Shown here: positions 26,359 to 32,000 of the stretch, piece after piece
How the letters are laid out: each line of letters opens with the position of its first letter
Numbering within the stretch: position 1 is the stretch's first letter
Source: Caedibacter taeniospiralis
GTDB taxonomy: Bacteria; Pseudomonadota; Gammaproteobacteria; Francisellales; Francisellaceae
DNA length: 32,000 nucleotides
Assembly (NCBI RefSeq): GCF_002803295.2
Contig: NZ_PGGB02000005.1
Location: 61,969-93,968 of the forward strand
Direction of reading: 5' to 3'
Position numbers and translations under genes: made by a program
Notes under the pieces: model-generated
What the model was told of the DNA's origin: nothing
Databases searched by the model: none
Seen by the model: only the letters and a program-made list of their open reading frames with translations

Positions 26359-27467
26359 TTTGTCCAGAATATTTTACCAATGCTCTCATTGATCGTGGCG
26401 TGCAATTTTTCACAGGGGTGCCTTGCTCCTATTTAACCCCATTGATCAATGAGGTCATCGCTACCGAGGTCACGGATTACGTGATTGCTTCAAGCGAAGG
26501 AGATGCCCTTGCTATGGCTTCAGGAGCATGGCTCGCTGGCAAATTAGGATTGGTGATGTGTCAAAATTCAGGACTTGGCAACATGATTAATCCTTTAACA
26601 TCATTAAATGCCCCTTTTAACATTCCCGTTTTGCTATTGATCACGTGGAGAGGCAAGCCTGGTGAGCCCGATGAGCCTCAGCATGAGGTAATGGGGAAAA
26701 TTACAACAGGTCTTTTAGATTTAATGGGGATTCAATGGAGCTATTTTCCCGAGACTGAAGCCGAGGTTTTGGCATCCTTGGATAAAGCCATGTCAGTCAT
26801 GGGCAATGCCCATTGTCCTTATGCCCTCATTTTACAAAAGGACAGTTTCAAAACAGGAAAGCCAGCGCCTAAAGTGGTTGAAGATGCGCACTTGCCAACT
26901 CGTGAGGAAGTATTGAGCACTTTCTTAAAATCTTTGCCCGATGAGGTCTCTGTGATTGCAACCACAGGAAAAACAGGACGGGAGCTATACACGTTGCAAG
27001 ATCATTCAAAGCATTTCTACTGCGTAGGCTCAATGGGCTATGCTAATGCTTTAGCTCATGGAGTGGCCTTAAATAGCAAAAAACCAGTGTTTGTGATTGA
27101 TGGTGATGGAGCAGCGATTATGCATCTTGGAAATCTCACCAGTATTGGTGCCAGTGCGCCGAGTAATTTAGTACATGTTATTTTAGATAATGGAACGTAT
27201 GATTCTACAGGGGCTCAAGCTACCGTTTCGGAGTACGTCGATTTTGCAGCATTAGCCAAAAGTTTGGGCTATAAAAAACAATTTCGCTGCTCTTCGCTAA
27301 GGGATTTTTCAAATGCTTTGAAAACCGTAGATTCTGGTGGACCTGCATTAATTCATTTGAAAATAAAAAGCGGTTCAATGAAAAATTTAGGGCGTCCAGC
27401 GGTTAAGCCGCATGAAATTGCTCGTCGGTTACGTCAACACATTCAGAAAATGGAACAAGGGGAATAG
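26355..27467 (+). CDS. ppd: Phosphonopyruvate decarboxylase (ThDP-dependent)
   Basis: 370 aa with the N-terminal FFTGVPCSYLTPL and the ThDP motif GDGAAIMHLGNL...LDNGTYDSTG. It sits directly downstream of pepM with an ATGA overlap, the canonical pepM-ppd arrangement. Confidence 0.85.
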   Translation: MICPEYFTNALIDRGVQFFTGVPCSYLTPLINEVIATEVTDYVIASSEGDALAMASGAWLAGKLGLVMCQNSGLGNMINPLTSLNAPFNIPVLLLITWRGKPGEPDEPQHEVMGKITTGLLDLMGIQWSYFPETEAEVLASLDKAMSVMGNAHCPYALILQKDSFKTGKPAPKVVEDAHLPTREEVLSTFLKSLPDEVSVIATTGKTGRELYTLQDHSKHFYCVGSMGYANALAHGVALNSKKPVFVIDGDGAAIMHLGNLTSIGASAPSNLVHVILDNGTYDSTGAQATVSEYVDFAALAKSLGYKKQFRCSSLRDFSNALKTVDSGGPALIHLKIKSGSMKNLGRPAVKPHEIARRLRQHIQKMEQGE

Positions 27468-27470
27468 TTT

Positions 27471-28703
27471 ATGCCAGAAATGATTAAAAAAGCCAAGCTC
27501 AATCCAAGCTTGTTAAACCTACAAATTTACGCTTCTAAAGCTATTTCCTTAGAGGTCAAAAAGAACCCTGACATAGTGGGGCTAAGCTTTGGTGAGCCAG
27601 AGTTTGGTCCCCCCCCTTATGCCCTAAAAGACATTGAAGATAAAGACCTTTCTATCGGCAACTTTTTAAACGCGGTAAAGCGCTATGAGGACCCGAAAGG
27701 ATCATTAGAGCTTAGGCAGGCTATCGCTGCTTGGTATAAGCAGCGTTACAATTTAGATGTGAACCCTGAGAAAGAAATTATGGTGACACACGGAGGGGTT
27801 GAGGCCATTACCCTAGCCATTTTGTCTACCAGTGAAGTGGGTGATATCATTGCGGTGACGGACCCCTCTTACATGCTTTATTCTCGAACGATTACAACCC
27901 TAGAGCGTAAGTGCCATACGATTCATCGTCCAGTAGGCGGGTATGAATATAAGAAAATTCTGGAAGATAAAGCTATTCTGCAGTCAGACTTTGCCAAAGC
28001 AAAAACGATCATTATTAATTCACCAGAAAATCCTTCTGGGTATGTGGTTGATCCTACTGAATGGGAAATGATTGCCGATTACTCCAAAAAAATGGGGCTA
28101 TGGGTCATTCATGATGAGGTTTACGATACAATGGCGTTCGAGCGAAAGCACATTCCATTTCGAGCTAGTTGTTCTTTGCCACCCTATTCAATTATGATCA
28201 ACAGCTTTTCTAAAAAATTTGGTATTCCAGGCTTACGTATTGGCTGGATAGTCGCAAATGAAGAGGTAATTAATTTAGCGAGCAAGATTCATGACTATAT
28301 GTATCTTGGGGTCAATATTCAGTATGAAAAAATTGCAACTCGCTTACTGTCTGACCAAAGAAATATGGAATGGCTGGCAGGCATTACTCAGAAAATAAAG
28401 CAACGCGCAGAAAAAGCAATGCACGTTCTGGGTGAACAGCAAGGGTTTTCCTGGCCTCGTCTGCCTCTTGGCGCAATGTTTCTTTTCCCGAATGTGCGTG
28501 CTTTGTATGATAAAATGCCTGAAGCCTATCGGTCAAAAGGTGTAGTTGTAGGGGATGCTGTAGCACAATATTTGATGAAAGAGAAAAAAGTGGCTGTCGT
28601 GCCTGGTTCAGTGTACGGTTCGGAAAGCAGTGAGCATGTACGCCTGGTATTGTGTACAACTGATAAAGAGTTTGATCTTGCGCTTGACCGCCTTCAAGCT
28701 TAA
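27471..28703 (+). CDS. Class I/II (aspartate-aminotransferase-fold) PLP aminotransferase
   Basis: 410 aa with NSPENPSG and the PLP-lysine motif NSFSKKFGIPGLRIGW. It contains an in-frame C8 tract (27609-27616) encoding PPP. Confidence 0.85.
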   Translation: MPEMIKKAKLNPSLLNLQIYASKAISLEVKKNPDIVGLSFGEPEFGPPPYALKDIEDKDLSIGNFLNAVKRYEDPKGSLELRQAIAAWYKQRYNLDVNPEKEIMVTHGGVEAITLAILSTSEVGDIIAVTDPSYMLYSRTITTLERKCHTIHRPVGGYEYKKILEDKAILQSDFAKAKTIIINSPENPSGYVVDPTEWEMIADYSKKMGLWVIHDEVYDTMAFERKHIPFRASCSLPPYSIMINSFSKKFGIPGLRIGWIVANEEVINLASKIHDYMYLGVNIQYEKIATRLLSDQRNMEWLAGITQKIKQRAEKAMHVLGEQQGFSWPRLPLGAMFLFPNVRALYDKMPEAYRSKGVVVGDAVAQYLMKEKKVAVVPGSVYGSESSEHVRLVLCTTDKEFDLALDRLQA

Positions 28704-28714
28704 GGGCGTCAATC

Positions 28715-29536
28715 ATGAAAACTGAAAAAAATTCCTTGATCGAACAAGGATTTGCTCATTTTAAAAACGCGCTGCATCCTTCTGCATTTTCTGCTTTGAG
28801 TGAGGAATATGAACGTCTGGTTGTAAGAGCGCGAGAAATTATAGCTCACACTAAGAAAGAAAATATCAGTTTGGGAGATTATTACCAGCAGCATGATGGC
28901 GAAATTATTGTTGTACCTGAAGCGGAGCAACCGACCGAGCCTTGCCGTTTTGAATATATTGCGCATTGTTCAAAGCGTTTAAATGATGAGGTTGTTCAGT
29001 ATGTGAAAGATTTAATTGAAACGCTAACTGGCGAGTCATTTGTACTGTTTAAAGATAAGTGCAATCTTAAAAATCCAGGAGGCGGTGCTTTTCCTCCACA
29101 CCAGGATATTACTGCATATCGCCATTTCAAGCCAAAGTTCCATATTACTGCGGCAGTCATGCTGGATGACTCAACCGTAGAAAATGGTTGTTTGGAAATG
29201 GCAAGTAATTATCACCAAAGTCTTGGGACTCAAGCATTAGGCATTCTGGATTTTTATGAGGGAGGTCCTCGCAATGGAGACATTAAGGATGAGATTAGTC
29301 AGCAATTTGATTGGAGGTCTATTCCAGCGGCGCCTGGTGATGTAGTGCTTTTTAATTCCTTTGTGCCACATCGATCAGCAAAGAATACTTCGCAAAAGAG
29401 TCGACGGAATTTCTTTTTTACTTTTAATGTGGCTCGAGAAGGCAACTGGTATGAGCATTATTATGCTGCAAAAAAGCTGGACTTTAATAATCCGATGTTT
29501 CATGTTTCGACCCCAACGCAGCATCGAGGCAAGTAA
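28715..29536 (+). CDS. PhyH-family Fe(II)/2-oxoglutarate-dependent dioxygenase
   Basis: 273 aa with the HxD facial-triad motif PPHQDITAY and a distal His/Arg in FVPHRSAKNTS. Length and layout are typical of phytanoyl-CoA-dioxygenase-like proteins. Confidence 0.7.
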   Translation: MKTEKNSLIEQGFAHFKNALHPSAFSALSEEYERLVVRAREIIAHTKKENISLGDYYQQHDGEIIVVPEAEQPTEPCRFEYIAHCSKRLNDEVVQYVKDLIETLTGESFVLFKDKCNLKNPGGGAFPPHQDITAYRHFKPKFHITAAVMLDDSTVENGCLEMASNYHQSLGTQALGILDFYEGGPRNGDIKDEISQQFDWRSIPAAPGDVVLFNSFVPHRSAKNTSQKSRRNFFFTFNVAREGNWYEHYYAAKKLDFNNPMFHVSTPTQHRGK

Positions 29537-30628
29537 ATGAGTAAACAGGCACGTTTATTTACCCCAGGACCTTTAAATACTTCACAACAGGTTAAGGCAT
29601 CGATGCAGATTGACCTTGGAAGCCGTACCGAGACACTTGCCGATTTGACTCAGAATATTCGGAATGAGCTTGAGTCTATTGCTGAATGCGGGAAAGAGTG
29701 TACCTCTGTTCTGTTGCAGGGAAGCGGCACTTTTGCTGTGGAGGCAATGCTAAGTACGTTGATTCAGGCAGATGATTGTGTATTGGTCATATCTAATGGT
29801 GTATATGGTGACCGGATGGCTAAAATATGCCAGATACATGGACTGCCTTTTTTTGTCTTGCAGCAGGACCCAGCGGCTCCGATTCAGCTTGATGAGGTTG
29901 AGAAATTTCTCAAAAATGAGCCATGCATCACACACATTGGGGTGGTTCAATTTGAGACTGCTGTAGGGATATTGAATAATATCGACGCTTTACTAGTTTT
30001 AGCTGAGCAGCATGCTTGCAAAGTTTTGGTGGATGCAATGAGTTCCTTTGGAGCATTACCATTGCCCTATCAAAGTACTGCTTTGGTTGCGGTAGTATCT
30101 TCGGCGAATAAATGCCTACATGGAGTGCCTGGGTTAGCATTTGTCCTAGTCCGCTTGGAAAGCCTATTGCGTTCTCGCGTAACCCGCTCATTAAGTTTAG
30201 ATTTAAAGGCTCAGTGGAAATCTTTTGAAGATCAGCATCAATGGCGTTTTACTCCACCCACGCATTGTTTGCTTGCTTTTCAACAAGCTTTATTGGAGTT
30301 TAAGCAGGCAGGTGGCATGCAGGCTCGCCTCAAAAAATATCAAGCACTCAATGAGCAATTGATAGCGGGATTAGAGCAGCTTGGCATCTATCCCGCTATT
30401 CCAGAATCATACCGTGTCCCGATGATTACGACCTTTTTGCTCAAGAACATCAAAATCAATTTTAATGATCTGTACACTGCCTTGTTTGAGCAAGGATTAG
30501 TGATTTATCCTAGCAGTTTTCTGGCAGAAAAAAGCTTTCGGGTCGGGTGCATTGGCGAACTTGATGCGAGAGATATCGAGAGATTAGTTTCTGCGATTAA
30601 ACAGGTACTTTTACAAAATGAAAAATAA
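29537..30628 (+). CDS. phnW: 2-aminoethylphosphonate:pyruvate aminotransferase-like class V aminotransferase
   Basis: 363 aa with LFTPGPLNTSQQVKASM at the N-terminus and the PLP-lysine region SSANKCLHGVPGLAF, both matching the PhnW pattern. The start abuts the preceding stop codon. Confidence 0.8.
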   Translation: MSKQARLFTPGPLNTSQQVKASMQIDLGSRTETLADLTQNIRNELESIAECGKECTSVLLQGSGTFAVEAMLSTLIQADDCVLVISNGVYGDRMAKICQIHGLPFFVLQQDPAAPIQLDEVEKFLKNEPCITHIGVVQFETAVGILNNIDALLVLAEQHACKVLVDAMSSFGALPLPYQSTALVAVVSSANKCLHGVPGLAFVLVRLESLLRSRVTRSLSLDLKAQWKSFEDQHQWRFTPPTHCLLAFQQALLEFKQAGGMQARLKKYQALNEQLIAGLEQLGIYPAIPESYRVPMITTFLLKNIKINFNDLYTALFEQGLVIYPSSFLAEKSFRVGCIGELDARDIERLVSAIKQVLLQNEK

Positions 30629-31694
30629 CCGTATTACAGGTCCCACTGATTTGCCCCCTGAGGTAAGAAATGCAATCAATCAACAGATGATCAGTCATCG
30701 CAGTGACGAATTCAAAAGTGTTTTTGCCAGAGCTTCTAAGAAACTTCAAACGCTTCTGCATTCCAAAAATATCCCTTTGTTTTTAAGCTGCTCAGGTACA
30801 GGTGGATTAGAGGCTGCAATTTTAAATACCCTGCAGAAAGGAAACCGAGTGCTTGTGCTGAGTGCAGGATATTACGGGGATTTATTTGCTCAAATAGCAA
30901 AAAAGCACTTAGGTGAGCATGTGATGACCCATCAAGTTACGCCAGGCACAGCAATTAGTCCTGAGAAAGTGAAGGAGATTCTTCAGGAGCAAGATTTTGA
31001 TGCGGTCTTGCTAACACATAGTGAAAGCTCAACTGGAGTTTCAAATCCCGTGCCAGAATTAGCTGAGTTGATTCGGCAATACTCGAATGCTTTAATTCTG
31101 GTGGATGCGATTAGCAGTGTAGGCACAACTGAAATTAATATGGAAAAATGGGGTGTGGATGTCATTGTTACTGTCCCACAAAAGGGTCTAATGGCCCCGC
31201 CAGGCTTATCCATGATCGCGATAAGTGACCGAGCTATGGATATTGTGAACAGTGGCTGCGCTCTAGGTTCTTTTTATTTTGATTTTAAACGTGCTTATGA
31301 GGCTACATTAAAGAATCAACCTGCCTTTACCCCTGCAATGTTTTCTGTTTGGGGGATTGATGCAACTTTAGATTTGATCGAAGCTGAGGGTTCTCAGCAG
31401 GTTTTTGCTAGGCACAAGCGATTATCATTATGCTGTCAAAATGGTGTTCTTGCTGCTGGTTTTACACTTTTTGCAGAGAAAGATTTTCGTGCTCCTGGCA
31501 TTACCTCTTTTCGCGTGCCTGCCTCCACCTCTTCTCATGCACTACAAAAATATCTGGAAGAAAAACATCAAATTTTTGTAGGTGTGGGTGTAGGGTCTTG
31601 GGAAAGTGAAGTAATTCGTGTTGGTCACATGGGGTGGGTCTTTGATCAAGACATTGAATCGGTTTCGCAAGCCTTAGCTGAAAGTTGTCTTTAA
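30618..31694 (+). CDS. Second class V aminotransferase (serine-pyruvate/alanine-glyoxylate aminotransferase-like)
   Basis: 358 aa with ITGPTDLPPEVRNAINQQMISHRSDEF and the PLP-lysine region VPQKGLMAPPGLS. It overlaps the phnW-like gene by 11 nt. Confidence 0.8.
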   Translation: MKNNRITGPTDLPPEVRNAINQQMISHRSDEFKSVFARASKKLQTLLHSKNIPLFLSCSGTGGLEAAILNTLQKGNRVLVLSAGYYGDLFAQIAKKHLGEHVMTHQVTPGTAISPEKVKEILQEQDFDAVLLTHSESSTGVSNPVPELAELIRQYSNALILVDAISSVGTTEINMEKWGVDVIVTVPQKGLMAPPGLSMIAISDRAMDIVNSGCALGSFYFDFKRAYEATLKNQPAFTPAMFSVWGIDATLDLIEAEGSQQVFARHKRLSLCCQNGVLAAGFTLFAEKDFRAPGITSFRVPASTSSHALQKYLEEKHQIFVGVGVGSWESEVIRVGHMGWVFDQDIESVSQALAESCL

Positions 31695-31776
31695 TTTTTA
31701 TTGACCCTCTGCTGTGATAACAGCATAACTGTCAATCACAGGACTAGCATCAATAATGTACGGTTCTGTCGCAGAG

Positions 31777-32000
31777 GTGCGACACGAAGTCGCATATTAG
31801 TGCTGCTTCCCACGTTAAGAGGAAGCCATCTGTGCCACCAGATGAGCCTACCGATCTGAATAAAGAGCGATCGGAACAATGTAATGAAGCGCAGTAATGC
31901 GCGGGGTGAGAATCGCAAGAGGACAACCCTCCTGATAACCATAGATCGGGTGAGTGCTAGGCAGTTAGTATGGCGAATATAGGTGAATCTACGTAGAAAG
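31777..32000 (+). ncRNA. Structured RNA, probably the 5' end (domain I) of a group II intron running off the window
   Basis: The segment begins with GTGCG (31777). It then has a dense series of short perfect helices: GCGAC/GTCGC, GCTTCC/GGAAGC, CATCTG/CAGATG, CCGATC/GATCGG, GCGCA-GTAA-TGCGC (GNRA loop) and GAGG/CCTC. It looks richer in G+C than the flanks, but this was not counted. It has no credible ORF. Confidence 0.4.

Noticed and set aside
31736-31942. 68-aa minus-strand ORF at the window end.
   Set aside because: The translation is Arg/Leu-rich and repetitive, and it is antisense to a helix-dense segment starting with GTGCG. It is more consistent with structured RNA than with a protein.
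1-32000. tRNA, rRNA, tmRNA, RNase P RNA and CRISPR arrays.
   Set aside because: Visual scanning found no T-loop (GGTTCGAATCC-like) or acceptor-stem pattern, no regularly spaced direct repeats, and no rRNA-like conserved blocks.

Overview
AT-rich gammaproteobacterial chromosome segment. The core-gene content and order (xerD, lpxH, hldE, mpl, glnA, rppH-ptsP) fit that class; a Legionellales-like host is only a guess and cannot be verified here. Left to right, 1-5.7 kb holds housekeeping and envelope genes: the xerD 3' end, a small membrane protein, lpxH, hldE, mpl and an ArsB/NhaD-type permease. 6.1-13.6 kb is a co-directional glycogen/maltodextrin operon, malQ-glgB-glgA-glgP, with no glgC or glgX in the window. 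It is preceded by a 344-bp structured leader carrying a 48-bp palindrome. 13.9-20.3 kb holds a GT39/ArnT-like glycosyltransferase, glnA, rppH and ptsP. 20.3-31.7 kb is an accessory-looking block with two divergent, tightly packed operons separated by about 770 bp of non-coding DNA that contains a decayed IS1595-type transposase stub. The plus-strand operon is a phosphonate biosynthesis cluster: PEP mutase, phosphonopyruvate decarboxylase, a class I aminotransferase, a PhyH-type Fe/2OG dioxygenase, a PhnW-like aminotransferase and a second class V aminotransferase. The minus-strand operon encodes a FemAB/DUF482-like GNAT-fold transferase, a Trm112-like protein, a SAM methyltransferase, an Asp/Asn beta-hydroxylase-family oxygenase and an SDR. 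As sequenced, the committing gene pepM is split over three reading-frame segments by two compensating single-base frameshifts, while every other gene in the cluster is intact. The last ~220 nt of the window are a GUGCG-initiated, hairpin-dense structured RNA that looks like the 5' end of a group II intron. No tRNA, rRNA or CRISPR array was seen.
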